From assembly GCA_041908585.1 (NCBI GenBank), contig JAYRFB010000275.1, forward strand, positions 1,222 through 65,221: a stretch of DNA of 64,000 nucleotides, given 5' to 3'. This DNA is from Candidatus Krumholzibacteriia bacterium (GTDB taxonomy: Bacteria; Krumholzibacteriota; Krumholzibacteriia; LZORAL124-64-63). This document shows, piece after piece, positions 47,754 through 60,179 of the stretch. The notes beneath the pieces are model-generated. The model was not told the origin of the DNA. It saw nothing but the letters and a program-made list of their open reading frames with translations, and ran no database searches. The first letter of the stretch is position 1. The number at the start of each line of letters is the position of its first letter. Made by a program: the position numbers and the translations under genes.

Positions 47754-48340
47754 TCAGACCCCCGCCGCCAGCAGCCAGCATTCCATGTGCGGGTTCACCA
47801 GCAGTCCCTCGCGACCGCCACGCGCGACGGCCAGCAGGCGACCGGTCGCCAGCGCGGCTTCGCCCTCGCCGCGGACGACGAGCCGCCACAGCGTGCCGCT
47901 GACCACGGGGCCCTGCTGTCCCCGCGCCCAGGCCGCCACATCCACCGCCGCGTAACCGGCAGGCGCCGGTCCCCCGAGCAGGGCGGCCAGGCCGGCACGC
48001 GCGTCGGCACGCCCCGGATCGTCGGCGCCGCCGGGCCAACCGGCGGGGAAGTTCCCGCCCTCGCCCGCGTCCCAGGCAAACGGCACCGCCAGCGTGAAGT
48101 GCCCGTAGCGGTGCTTGTTCGGGTTGTAGTAGCGCCCGGTCGCCAGGAGTGCCTCCAGGCGGGGAGCGCCCGGCGCACCCTGTGCAAAGGCATGGAACTC
48201 GCATCGCCGCAGTTCCGCCAGCCGCTCGCCGCCCTGAAGGCGGTCGCACATCACGCGGCGGGCGGTGGCCGCATGGAGGTCGACCCCCTTGTGCGCGGTG
48301 ACCAGGATCCCGGTCCCGCCGGACTGGACCACGCGATCGC

Positions 48341-48347
<7 letters not shown>
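47754..48347 (-). CDS. tandem PurS-like domain protein (two PurS-like halves, 197 aa)
   Basis: Last 197 codons of ORF 47754..49355. GTG 48347 overlaps the purL stop. Half 1 is ..ILVTAHKGVDLHAATARRVMCDRLQGGERLAELRRCEFHAF..LEALLATGRYYNPNKHRY. Half 2 is ..VSGTLWRLVVRGEGEAALATGRLLAVARGGREGLLVNPHMECWLL. I compared these by eye with PurS (..GVLDPQG..L.LG.....V..GK.....L...........LLANP.IE.Y). Confidence 0.5.
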
Positions 48348-51613
<3,266 letters not shown>

Positions 51614-51639
51614 GTTGCTCCGTCGTGGAGGATCAGGTC

Positions 51640-51656
51640 ACGCGTTCGACACGCGT
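51640..51656 (-). promoter_or_regulatory. 17-bp dyad ACGCGT-N5-ACGCGT in the purL leader
   Basis: Minus strand reads ACGCGTGTCGAACGCGT, located between the candidate -10 (51675..51680) and the GGAG RBS. Confidence 0.3.
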
Positions 51657-51674
51657 CGGCGGCGGGCCGCGCCC

Positions 51675-51703
51675 AATCTAGCATCGGCCGGGGCGGCGGC
51701 AAA
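51675..51703 (-). promoter_or_regulatory. candidate promoter of purL-purS-purF (TTTGCC-17-TAGATT)
   Basis: Minus strand reads CCTTTGCCGCCGCCCCGGCCGATGCTAGATTGGG. Confidence 0.4.
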
Positions 51704-51732
51704 GGTCCGAATCGGCCGCCGCCGCGAGGCCG

Positions 51733-51770
51733 CCAAAACCAAGGGGCCCCTCCCGTGCGGGAGGGGCCCC
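51733..51770 (-). terminator. strong intrinsic terminator after the cytochrome c3 gene
   Basis: Minus strand reads GGGGCCCCTCCC-GCAC-GGGAGGGGCCCC (12-bp stem), followed by TTGGTTTTGG. Confidence 0.75.
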
Positions 51771-51800
51771 TGGTCGCTCAACCGCGGCTCCGCGCGCCGA

Positions 51801-52208
51801 TCAGGCGCCGGCCTTCGGGTGGCAGCCGACGCAGGTCGTCGGGGCCTTGGTGTCGGCCTTGGCCGCCTTGGTCTCCTTGTGGCAGGACACGCAGCCGATG
51901 TGGTACGGGTTGTCGGTCATCTTCTTGCCGGAGCAGGCCGGGGTCTCCGGCTTCTCGGGCGTCATGTGGCACTTGCCGCACTTCTCGACGGCGACCGTGG
52001 CGGCGCTCTCGGCCGTCAGGTCCTTCTGCGTGTGGTGGCAGGTGACGCAGTCCTTGGCGGCCTTGACATGGGCCGCGTGGTCGAACGTCACCGGCGTCTT
52101 GGTGTCGGCGCAATCCTTGATGGTGATCTTGCCGGGCATCTCGGCGGCCATCGCCGCCACGGCCACGGCCAGCGCGGCGACAAGGCCGACCAGGAAGAAC
52201 TTCCGCAT
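51801..52208 (-). CDS. tetraheme cytochrome c3-family (class III) periplasmic cytochrome
   Basis: Signal peptide MRKFFLVGLVAALAVAVAAMAAE. Four CxxCH motifs (CVTCH, CGKCH, CVSCH, CVGCH) plus spare His residues in a mature protein of about 110 aa. GGAGGAGG RBS. Confidence 0.85.
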   Translation of the reverse strand: MRKFFLVGLVAALAVAVAAMAAEMPGKITIKDCADTKTPVTFDHAAHVKAAKDCVTCHHTQKDLTAESAATVAVEKCGKCHMTPEKPETPACSGKKMTDNPYHIGCVSCHKETKAAKADTKAPTTCVGCHPKAGA

Positions 52209-52276
52209 CTTCGAGCCTCCTCCAGGAGAGTTGCGGTGCCTGGAATGTCCTTCGCCAGGTCACCTGTTCGGCGTCG

Positions 52277-52305
52277 AAACTAGGGGACGCCGGTCACGTC
52301 GTCAA
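52277..52305 (-). promoter_or_regulatory. candidate promoter of the cytochrome c3 gene (TTGACG-17-TAGTTT)
   Basis: Minus strand reads GGTTGACGACGTGACCGGCGTCCCCTAGTTTCG. Confidence 0.5.
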
Positions 52306-52323
52306 CCGCTAACCGCCCATTTC

Positions 52324-52360
52324 GTCGTCGGTTATTGAATATTGAAATCAAGACGACGAC
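52324..52360. promoter_or_regulatory. AT-rich element flanked by a 7-bp inverted repeat, upstream of the cytochrome c3 promoter
   Basis: GTCGTCG-GTTATTGAATATTGAAATCAAGA-CGACGAC. Contains the tandem ATTGAAT/ATTGAAA. This is the most AT-rich stretch I saw in the window. It lies about -55 to -90 relative to the predicted start site. Confidence 0.45.
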
Positions 52361-52400
52361 AAGTTGTTAACGCCAGGCCGATCCCCCTGGTTCCCGTGTT

Positions 52401-53705
52401 CTACCAGTCCCGGCGCGCCAGCGTCCGGGCGAAGATCCGCGGCACGTTGCGCAGCTGGCCGGAAACGTCGAAGCAGGCGTCCAGGACGCCCGGGGACAAC
52501 CGGCCGGCGATCCGGGGGTCGGCCTCGACCAGGTCGCGGAGCGTGTGGTCGGCGTCCCAGACGTGCAGCGCGCTCTCCTGCACCCAGGCGTAGGCCTCCT
52601 CGCGGCTGACGCCGGCCTCGGTCAGCGCCAGCAGCACCGGCTGCGAGAAGTACATGCCGCGGACCTTCTCCATGTTGGCCTGCATGCGGTCGGCGTGGAC
52701 AACCAGCCCGGCCACGAGCCAGCGCATCTTCGCGAGCATGTGGTGCAGCACGTGGCAGGCGTCGGGAAAGACGATGCGCTCGACGCTGCTGTGGCTGATG
52801 TCGCGCTCGTGCCAGAGCGCCACGTTCTCCAGGGCGGTGTGGGCGTAGCCGCGCAGCAGGCGCGCCATGCCCGTCAGCTTCTCGCTGACGATGGGGTTCT
52901 TCTTGTGCGGCATCGCCGAGCTGCCCTTCTGGCCGCGGCCGAAGGGCTCCTCCACCTCGCGCACGTCGGTACGCTGCAGGTTGCGGATCTCGACGGCCAT
53001 CTGCTCGATGGTCGCGCCCAGCAGCGCGAGGACGCCCAGCCAGGCCGCGTGACGGTCGCGCTGGATCACCTGGGTGGACGCCGGGTCCACGCCCAGTCCC
53101 AGCCGCTTCATCACCTGGGCCTCGACCTCCGGGTCCAGGTGCGCCAGCGTGCCGACCGCGCCCGAGATCTGCCCGTGCGCGATGTCGGCCTGCGCTGCGT
53201 CCAGCCTCCGCAGGCCGCGCTCGAGTGCGGCCCAGTAGACCAGCAGCTTCAGGCCGAAGGTGGTCGGCTCGGCGTGGATGCCGTGCGAGCGACCGATCAT
53301 CACCGTGCCCTGGTGCTGGCGCGCCTTCGCCTCGACGGCGTCGAGCAGCGCCACCAGCGCGGCGCGCAGGACCGCGCCGGCCTCGCGGATCTGGAGCGCG
53401 AAGGCCGTGTCCAGCAGGTCGCTGCTGGTCATGCCCTGGTGCACCCAGCGCGATTCCTCGCCCACATGCTCGGCGACGCTGGTCAGGAAGGCGATGACGT
53501 CGTGCTGGACCGTGGCCTCGATCTCCAGCACCCGGGCAGTGTCGAAGCCGCCGCGTTCACGGATGGCGCGCGCCGCCTCGGCGGGAATCTGGCCCAGCCC
53601 GGCCCGCACCTCGCAGACGGTGGTCTCCACTTCCAGCCACAGGCGGAAGCGGTTCTCGTCGGACCAGATGCGGGTCATCTCGGGGCTGGCGTAGCGCTCG
53701 ATCAT
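52401..53705 (-). CDS. purB: adenylosuccinate lyase
   Basis: ATG 53705 inside ORF 52401..54116. MIERYASPEMTRIWSDENRFRLWLEVE..HQGMTSSDLLDT..GSSAMPHKKNP.. Confidence 0.93.
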   Translation of the reverse strand: MIERYASPEMTRIWSDENRFRLWLEVETTVCEVRAGLGQIPAEAARAIRERGGFDTARVLEIEATVQHDVIAFLTSVAEHVGEESRWVHQGMTSSDLLDTAFALQIREAGAVLRAALVALLDAVEAKARQHQGTVMIGRSHGIHAEPTTFGLKLLVYWAALERGLRRLDAAQADIAHGQISGAVGTLAHLDPEVEAQVMKRLGLGVDPASTQVIQRDRHAAWLGVLALLGATIEQMAVEIRNLQRTDVREVEEPFGRGQKGSSAMPHKKNPIVSEKLTGMARLLRGYAHTALENVALWHERDISHSSVERIVFPDACHVLHHMLAKMRWLVAGLVVHADRMQANMEKVRGMYFSQPVLLALTEAGVSREEAYAWVQESALHVWDADHTLRDLVEADPRIAGRLSPGVLDACFDVSGQLRNVPRIFARTLARRDW

Positions 53706-53751
53706 GGGGGCCTGCCTCGGTCTGCGGGATGGTCGGCGGGATCGTCCCCGA

Positions 53752-53779
53752 ACTATACCCGGGACCGCCGCGGGGTCAA
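53752..53779 (-). promoter_or_regulatory. candidate promoter of purB (TTGACC-16-TATAGT)
   Basis: Minus strand reads GGCTTGACCCCGCGGCGGTCCCGGGTATAGTTCGG. Confidence 0.5.
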
Positions 53780-53858
53780 GCCGCACGCCGGGCCTGTCGG
53801 CACGGGCCCGCCGGGTGTACATTGGCGCGACCCCCGTCCCGCAGCCGCAGGAGCCGCC

Positions 53859-55295
53859 TTGTCCACACCGCCACGCCCCGCCGCGCCGGCCGGCGACCTG
53901 ACGACCGCTCCCGTCCCGGCCCTGGTGCGCCGGCTGGCCGTGCCGGCCGCGATCGGCTTCTTCTTCAACACGATGTTCAACGTCGTGGACACCTACTTCG
54001 CCGGCCGCCTGTCGACGGAGGCGCTGGCCGCCCTGTCGCTCTCGTTCCCGGTCTTCTTCCTCTTCGTGGCCGCCGGCAGCGGCTTCGCCACCGGCACCAC
54101 CGCGCTCGTCGCGCACGCGCTGGGCGCGGGCGACCGCCGCCGGGCCGCGCTGGTCGGCGCGCAGGGGCTGGTGCTGGCTGCCGGGCTGGGCGTGGCGAGC
54201 ACCGTCGTGGGCCTGGTCGCCGTGCCGCCGCTGTTCCGGTTGCTGGGCGCCGAGGGCCCCTACCTGGAGACCTGCCTGCGGTACATGCGCGTGATCCTAG
54301 CCGGGGCGCCGCTGATGTTCGGCGTGCACATGCTGAACGCCGTCCTCAACGCGCAGGGCGACACGCGCACGTTCCGCGACGCCCTGATCATGGCCTGCGC
54401 GCTCAACATCGTGCTGGACCCGTGGTTCATGTTCGGGGGCCTGGGCGTGCCCCCGCTGGGCATCGGCGGCCTGGCGCTGGCCACACTGGTCTCGCAGCTG
54501 TTCAGCGTGACGCTCATGGCGCGTCGCGCCTGGCGCACGGGGCTGCTGCACCGGAGCGCCGGTGCGCGCTGGCGGCCGCGGCGCGAGGTGCTGGCCGCCA
54601 TCGCCCGCCAGGGACTGCCGGCCGGCGGCAGCATGCTGACGATGGCCCTCGGTGTCTTCGTCATCACCTGGTTCCTCGGCCAGGTCTCGCGCGAAGCGGT
54701 GGCCGCGTACGGCGTCGCCACGCGCATCGAGCAGATCCTCCTGCTGCCGGCCATCGGCCTGAACGTGGCCACCCTCACGCTGGCGGCGCAGAACGGCGGC
54801 GCCAACCGGTTCGACCGCGTGCGCCAGGCGGTGCGGACCGCGCTGGGCGCCGGAGCCGTGCTGACCGCGGTCGGCGGCGCCCTGCTGCTGCTGCTGGCGC
54901 GGCCGTTGATGGACGTGTTCACCGACGACCCGGCGGTGGTGGCCATCGGCGCCCGCTACCTGCGCATCGCGGCGTTCGTCGAGTTCGCGTACGTGATCCT
55001 CTTCATCAACACCTCGGCGCTGCAGGGACTCAAGCGGCCTGCCCTGGCGCTGTGGATCGGCCTGGCGCGGCAGATCCTGGCGCCGGTGCTGGTCTTCGGG
55101 CTGGCCACGCGCGTCTGGGGCCTTGGCCTGGACGGCATCTGGTGGGGCATCTTCGGGATCACCTGGGCCGCCGCGCTGGCCGCGGTCGTCCTGGCGCGCC
55201 GGGAGGTCGCCCACGCCGAGCGCGCGGCCGCGGCGGCATTCAGCGCTGGCGACGACAGCCAGGCCCCGGCGGCCAGCCCCGCCGCCGCGGGATAG
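53859..55295 (+). CDS. MATE family efflux transporter
   Basis: TTG 53859 lies 5 nt after AGGAG, in frame in ORF 52545..55295. ..LAVPAAIGFFFNTMFNVVDTYFAGRLSTEALAALS.. About 12 TM segments. Confidence 0.82.
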   Translation: MSTPPRPAAPAGDLTTAPVPALVRRLAVPAAIGFFFNTMFNVVDTYFAGRLSTEALAALSLSFPVFFLFVAAGSGFATGTTALVAHALGAGDRRRAALVGAQGLVLAAGLGVASTVVGLVAVPPLFRLLGAEGPYLETCLRYMRVILAGAPLMFGVHMLNAVLNAQGDTRTFRDALIMACALNIVLDPWFMFGGLGVPPLGIGGLALATLVSQLFSVTLMARRAWRTGLLHRSAGARWRPRREVLAAIARQGLPAGGSMLTMALGVFVITWFLGQVSREAVAAYGVATRIEQILLLPAIGLNVATLTLAAQNGGANRFDRVRQAVRTALGAGAVLTAVGGALLLLLARPLMDVFTDDPAVVAIGARYLRIAAFVEFAYVILFINTSALQGLKRPALALWIGLARQILAPVLVFGLATRVWGLGLDGIWWGIFGITWAAALAAVVLARREVAHAERAAAAAFSAGDDSQAPAASPAAAG

Positions 55296-55341
55296 CCGAC
55301 AGCCACGAACAACGCCGGCGTCGTGCCGGGAGGGAGCCCCC

Positions 55342-56253
55342 ATGCCGGACCAACGCCCGCTTGACCGCGGGGCACTGCTGCACCTGCTGGTCGTCTACCT
55401 GGCCTGGGGCAGCACCTACCTGGGCATCCGCCTGGCGGTGGCCGGCGACGGCGGCTTCCCGCCGTTCGCGATGGCGATGCTGCGCGTGTTCGCGGCCGCG
55501 GCCGTGCTGCTCGGCTGGGCGCGCCTGCGGAAGGAACGGATCCGGCTCCGGGGCCGCGAGTGGGTGCTGATGGGCGGCAGCGGACTGCTGCTGTGGGTGG
55601 GCGGCAACGGGCTGGTGACATGGGCCGAACTGCGCGCCTCGAGCGGCCTGGCCGCCCTGCTGGTCGCGGCGATGCCGCTGTGGGGCGAGTCGATCAACCT
55701 GGCGCTCGACCGCCGCGCGCCGGCGCCGCTGATGGTCGGCTCCATCCTCCTGGGCTTCGCCGGTGTCGGCACACTTTCCTGGCCGGTGCTGCGGGCCGGC
55801 AACGGCAGCGATATCGCCGCCGTGGTCGGGCTCGTGCTGGCGCCGCTCTTCTGGGCCATCGGCTCGATCTGGTTCCAGCGGCGCAAGCCGGACCTGTCGG
55901 TGCGGGCGGTCTCCGGCTGGCAGCAGCTGCTGGGCGGCCTGGGGCTCGGCGCGATGGCGCTCGCGCGCGGCGAGATCCGGCCGGGCGCACCGCTGCCGTC
56001 GCCTGACGCCACCGCCTGGGCCGCCTGGGGCTACCTCGTCCTGGTCGGCTCCGTGTTCGCCTTCACGAGCTACGTGATCACGCTCCAGCGCCTGCCCTAC
56101 CGCGTGGTCATGACGTACGCCTACGTCAACCCGGTCATCGCCGTGTTCCTGGGCTGGCTCGTCATCGACGAGCCGGTGACGCGGTGGACGCTGGCGGGAG
56201 CGGCGCTCGTGGTGGCCGGGGTGGTCGGGGTGTTCCGCAATCGCGGGCAGTGA
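55342..56253 (+). CDS. EamA/DMT family transporter
   Basis: ATG 55342 after GGGAGGGAG. Ten hydrophobic helices in two EamA-like halves (..LLVVYLAWGSTYLGIRLAV.., ..VFAFTSYVITLQRLP..). Confidence 0.8.
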   Translation: MPDQRPLDRGALLHLLVVYLAWGSTYLGIRLAVAGDGGFPPFAMAMLRVFAAAAVLLGWARLRKERIRLRGREWVLMGGSGLLLWVGGNGLVTWAELRASSGLAALLVAAMPLWGESINLALDRRAPAPLMVGSILLGFAGVGTLSWPVLRAGNGSDIAAVVGLVLAPLFWAIGSIWFQRRKPDLSVRAVSGWQQLLGGLGLGAMALARGEIRPGAPLPSPDATAWAAWGYLVLVGSVFAFTSYVITLQRLPYRVVMTYAYVNPVIAVFLGWLVIDEPVTRWTLAGAALVVAGVVGVFRNRGQ

Positions 56254-56522
56254 TTCCGGAGACCGACGATGTGCCGGAAGCGCCACTGGTGACCTAAGAG
56301 TCTGGGGAAGATGGACTTGAGCCTTTGCCGGCGGGACGGGACGAAGCTGTCTGCTGGTGGGTTCATGCGCGGCCCGGGACACGGCGGGACGGACACGATC
56401 CCGGCGGCACGGCACTGCACTTCGTTGCCGTGATATCGATGATAATTCTCAATCAATGATCCTCGCGTGCCGAAGGGTCTTCGGAAATGCCGAGATGACC
56501 CCCAGCCGCCGAGGAAACAGTC

Positions 56523-58052
56523 ATGCACATCCTGCGCCTGCTGGCCAGTGATCGCACCGCCCAGATGCTTGGCCTGACGACGATCGGCGGACTGGTCGGC
56601 GCGGCCCTCGGCGGCACCTGGCCGACGGCTGCTGCCGGTCTGCTGACCGCGGGCGCGGGCGTGGCCGGGCTGGCCCGACTGGCCGGCGGCGGCGGCAACC
56701 ACCCCGAACTGAAGGCCGTCGAGTCGGCAGCCGCAGGCGACCTGCTCGCCGCCGGCCAGGCGGACACCGGCGGCAGCCGCCTCGGCCAGGCGTTGCGCGT
56801 GCTGACCTACCGGCTGCAGGTCGCCTTCGTCGACATCAAGAACACGAGTTCCACGCTGACCGTGTCGGCGGGCGAGTTGGATCGGACTTCACTCGAGATG
56901 GTCGAGGCGGCCCGGCGCTCCGACGAACAATCGGAGGAGGTGGCCGCCGCCACGCGCCGCCTGGCGGGAAACATGGCAGAGGTCTCGGCAGCCACGCGCA
57001 ACGTCTCGACCTCGGTCGACTCGGTTGCCGCCGCGCTCGAGGAGCTCAACTCCTCGTTCGGCGAGGTCGCCCGCAACTGCGTGCGCGCCTCGGAGGTCTC
57101 GGGGCTGGCCACCTCCACGGTCAGCCAGTCGACCTCGGTCATGTCGGATCTCGGCCGCACCGCCGAGGACATCGGCCGCATCCTCGACGTCATCCAGGAC
57201 ATCGCCAGCCGCACGAACCTCCTGGCCCTCAACGCGACGATCGAGGCCGCCAGTGCCGGCGAGTCCGGGCGTGGCTTCGCCGTTGTCGCCTCGGAGGTCA
57301 AGGAACTCTCCCGGCAGACGGCCGCCGCCACCGAGCAGATCGCCGCCCAGATCCGCGAGATGCGCGCCAGCACGGCGCGGGCGCTCGACGCGACTTCGGC
57401 GATCGGGACGGCGATCGGCCAGGTCGACGAGATCTCCACGGCGATCGCCGCTGCGGTCGAGCAGCAGCTGGCGGCGTCCCGCGAGATCAGCACCGGCATC
57501 GCGCGCGTCTCAGGCGACTCGGGCGCCGTGGCGGCGAACGTCAGCGCCGCCTCGGAGGGATTGGCGCACATCGCCACCGCCGTGGCCGGCGTCCACGAGA
57601 GCGCCGCGCGGGCCTCCGTGGGGGCGGCGCGGACGCGCTCGCAGGCTCACGAGCTGTCGCGGGCGGCGGTCGGCCTGGAGTCGATGCTGGGACAGTACCG
57701 CACCCCGGAGCCGCGGTTCGACATCGCCGCGGTCAAGCAGGCGCACAACCACTGGCGCGACAGCCTGGTGAAGCTCGTCAAGGGCGTCGAGAAGCTGGAC
57801 GTCTCGAAGGTCAACTCGCACAAGACCTGCAATTTCGGGCATTGGTATTTCAGCCCGCAGGGACAGGCACACTCGGGCCTGTCCGCATTTCCCGTGGTCG
57901 GCGGCCATCACGAGCGCATCCACGAGATCGGCAGGCAGGTGGTCGTGGCGCACAACGAGGGCCGCGCGCACGATGCGGAGGCGATGCTCGCCGAGCTCGA
58001 GGTCGTCAAGGACCGCCTGTTCGACGCCCTCGACGAGCTGTACCGTTGCTGA
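56523..58052 (+). CDS. methyl-accepting chemotaxis protein with C-terminal CZB (chemoreceptor zinc-binding) domain; no periplasmic sensor or HAMP recognised
   Basis: GAGGAAA RBS. Signalling hairpin ..[37 protein letters not shown].. C-terminus ..[29 protein letters not shown].. follows the CZB His/Cys pattern. Confidence 0.85.
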   Translation: MHILRLLASDRTAQMLGLTTIGGLVGAALGGTWPTAAAGLLTAGAGVAGLARLAGGGGNHPELKAVESAAAGDLLAAGQADTGGSRLGQALRVLTYRLQVAFVDIKNTSSTLTVSAGELDRTSLEMVEAARRSDEQSEEVAAATRRLAGNMAEVSAATRNVSTSVDSVAAALEELNSSFGEVARNCVRASEVSGLATSTVSQSTSVMSDLGRTAEDIGRILDVIQDIASRTNLLALNATIEAASAGESGRGFAVVASEVKELSRQTAAATEQIAAQIREMRASTARALDATSAIGTAIGQVDEISTAIAAAVEQQLAASREISTGIARVSGDSGAVAANVSAASEGLAHIATAVAGVHESAARASVGAARTRSQAHELSRAAVGLESMLGQYRTPEPRFDIAAVKQAHNHWRDSLVKLVKGVEKLDVSKVNSHKTCNFGHWYFSPQGQAHSGLSAFPVVGGHHERIHEIGRQVVVAHNEGRAHDAEAMLAELEVVKDRLFDALDELYRC

Positions 58053-59193
58053 GGCCCCCGCGGCGCACGACCAGCGCGCCGGACTTGGGGTCCCGTTCGG
58101 CGCGTTCGGGCCACTCGACGCGGACCAGCGCGCCGGCGTCGGGGCCGGTCGCGCGCGGGTCGTCGCGGTCGACCAGCAGGACGAGGCCGCGCGCCGAACA
58201 GCCGTAGCGCCCGCGCCCGCCGGCCGGCAGCGCGAACGTCCCCGACACGACCCGCACCTCCGCGCCGGTCACGGCTTCCTGCGCGCGACCGCACGGCGGC
58301 TGCAGCAGCAGGAACGACAGGCTCGCCCGCTCCTTGGCCAGGCCGGCACGCCGGCTCAGGTCCTCCAGCCAGGCGGGCACCCGCTCCGCCGCGAACCCGA
58401 AGTGGCACCAGGGCTGACGGCCCAGGCCCGGCTGCGGACAGCGCTCCTGGTGCGGGCAGGGCGCGGTCACGTGCCAGCCCGCGGCCAGGGCGGCGTCCCG
58501 CAGCGCGACCAGCCGGCGCGCGGCCGGTCGCGTGCCCGGCTCGATCACCAGGACGCTGCCGCCCGCCTCCAGCGCCGCCTCCCAGCGCTCCAGCAGCCGC
58601 GCCTCGGGCGCGGAACCGTCTCCCGAGTCACCACCGCCCGGCCGGTGGATCTCGTTCAGCACGTTCGCCAGCACGAGCAGGTCGGCCGCAGGGAGCGGTC
58701 GCGCCCCGGCGGGCTGTGCCGCGATCTCCACGCTCCAGGCCGAACCGGGCGCGACGTGGTCCCACAGTCGCCTGCCGGCGCCGAGCACCGCCGCCGCGCG
58801 ATCCAGGGCCAGGTAGCGCAGCGGCACCGGCCGCAGGTCGGGCCGGGCCAGCCACAGCGCCAGCGCGAAGGTGAACGGGCCGGCGCCCACGTCGACGATG
58901 CGCGCGCCGGCGGCCAGCTGCAGGTCCAGGCCGGCCAGCAGCCGGCCCTGGCGGTACAGGTTCCACGGCAGGAAGTAGTGCAGGTAGGCGGCCAGCAGGG
59001 CCGGCCGGCTCAGGTAGTCCCGCGGGAGGTCGTCCCGGGCGCTCGTCAGCCACTCGCTGAGCCGGGCCACCTCCGACGGCAGCGCCGCCCGGTGGCGGGA
59101 TCGGAGCGGCAATGCGCCCTCCAGGGCCGCCGGAAAGTCGGCCAGGCCCTGCGCCAGCGAAGCCGGTGCCGGCGGCAGCAGCCGATCCTGCAT
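58006..59193 (-). CDS. Rsm22-like SAM-dependent methyltransferase
   Basis: ATG 59193 overlaps the hldD stop (TGATG). ..[27 protein letters not shown].. and Cys cluster ..[18 protein letters not shown].. The 3' end overlaps the convergent MCP gene by 47 nt. Confidence 0.65.
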   Translation of the reverse strand: MQDRLLPPAPASLAQGLADFPAALEGALPLRSRHRAALPSEVARLSEWLTSARDDLPRDYLSRPALLAAYLHYFLPWNLYRQGRLLAGLDLQLAAGARIVDVGAGPFTFALALWLARPDLRPVPLRYLALDRAAAVLGAGRRLWDHVAPGSAWSVEIAAQPAGARPLPAADLLVLANVLNEIHRPGGGDSGDGSAPEARLLERWEAALEAGGSVLVIEPGTRPAARRLVALRDAALAAGWHVTAPCPHQERCPQPGLGRQPWCHFGFAAERVPAWLEDLSRRAGLAKERASLSFLLLQPPCGRAQEAVTGAEVRVVSGTFALPAGGRGRYGCSARGLVLLVDRDDPRATGPDAGALVRVEWPERAERDPKSGALVVRRGGLSNGTARRGRRTGGP

Positions 59194-60167
59194 CACGCGC
59201 CCCGGTGGCGGTGCTCGACCAGGTGCTCGCGCACGTACTCGGCCACGGCTTCCTCGAGGCGCGTCAGCGGCACGTCGCAGCCGGCCGCGCGCAGCTTCCC
59301 CATCGCGGCCTCGGTGTGGTACTGGTAGCGTCCCTTGAGATCGTCGGGCATGGGCACGTAGTCGATGGCCGGCTCCAGCCCCAACGCGGCGAAGATGGCG
59401 CCGATCAGGCGGTTCCAGGTCGCGGCCTCGCCGGTCCCGACGTTGAAGACGCCGTTGGCCTCCGGGTGTGCGCCGCACCACAGCGTCATCGCCACCGCGT
59501 CGTCGACCCAGATGAAGTCGCGCTGTTGGCCGCCGTCGGGATATTCGGGGCGGTCGGAGGCGAAGAGCCGCACGCGACCGGTGTCACGTACCTGCTCCCA
59601 GCCCTTGCAGACCATCGAGCGCATGTCGCCCTTGTGCCACTCGTTGGGGCCGTAGACGTTGAAGTACTTAAGCGAGGCGATCGAGGCCAGCGCGCCGCTG
59701 TCCAGCGCCCAGAGATCGAATTCGTGCTTGGAGCGGCCATAGAGGTTCAGCGGCTGCAGGTGGCGCAGTCCGGCGTGGTCGTCGTCGTAGCCGCGGGCGC
59801 CGTCGCCGTAGGTGGCCGCGCTGCTGGCGCAGACGAAGCGCACGCCCGCGTCCAGGCACAGCCGGCAGAGGTCGCGCGTGTAGCCGAGGTTGTTCTCCGC
59901 CAGGTAGTCCCAGTTCGATTCGGTGGTGCTGCTGCAGGCGCCGAGGTGGTACACGGCCTCCAGCGAGCGCGCGTTGGCCGGCACGCGCAGCCAGTCGCGG
60001 AACGGTTCCTTGGCCAGGTAGCGCGCCAGGCGCAGCGGCGCCAGGTTGGGAGAGACGTCGCCGGCCGGGTCCAGGTCCACGGCGAGGATGTCGTCGCGGC
60101 CCGCACGGTTGAGGCGCCAGACCAGGTTGCTGCCGATGAAGCCGGCCGCGCCGGTGACCGCGATCAT
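59193..60167 (-). CDS. hldD: ADP-L-glycero-D-manno-heptose 6-epimerase
   Basis: GGGAGGGG RBS. MIAVTGAAGFIGSNLV..HLGACSSTTE..SSAATYG..PLNLYGRSKHEFD..KYFNVYGPNEWHKG..QQRDFIWVDD.. Confidence 0.88.
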   Translation of the reverse strand: MIAVTGAAGFIGSNLVWRLNRAGRDDILAVDLDPAGDVSPNLAPLRLARYLAKEPFRDWLRVPANARSLEAVYHLGACSSTTESNWDYLAENNLGYTRDLCRLCLDAGVRFVCASSAATYGDGARGYDDDHAGLRHLQPLNLYGRSKHEFDLWALDSGALASIASLKYFNVYGPNEWHKGDMRSMVCKGWEQVRDTGRVRLFASDRPEYPDGGQQRDFIWVDDAVAMTLWCGAHPEANGVFNVGTGEAATWNRLIGAIFAALGLEPAIDYVPMPDDLKGRYQYHTEAAMGKLRAAGCDVPLTRLEEAVAEYVREHLVEHRHRGA

Positions 60168-60179
60168 GGCCCCTCCCAG

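Noticed and set aside
52331-52353. Assigning the AT-rich element upstream of cytochrome c3 as an FNR or CRP box.
   Set aside because: TTGA and TCAA half-sites are present, but their spacing (2 or 9 nt) does not fit TTGAT-N4-ATCAA or TGTGA-N6-TCACA. I kept it only as an unassigned regulatory candidate.
56254-56522. A sigma-28 (FliA) promoter upstream of the chemoreceptor gene, based on ..GCCGTGATATCGATGATAA..
   Set aside because: The match to GCCGATAA needs an insertion. No TAAA -35 element lies at the right distance.
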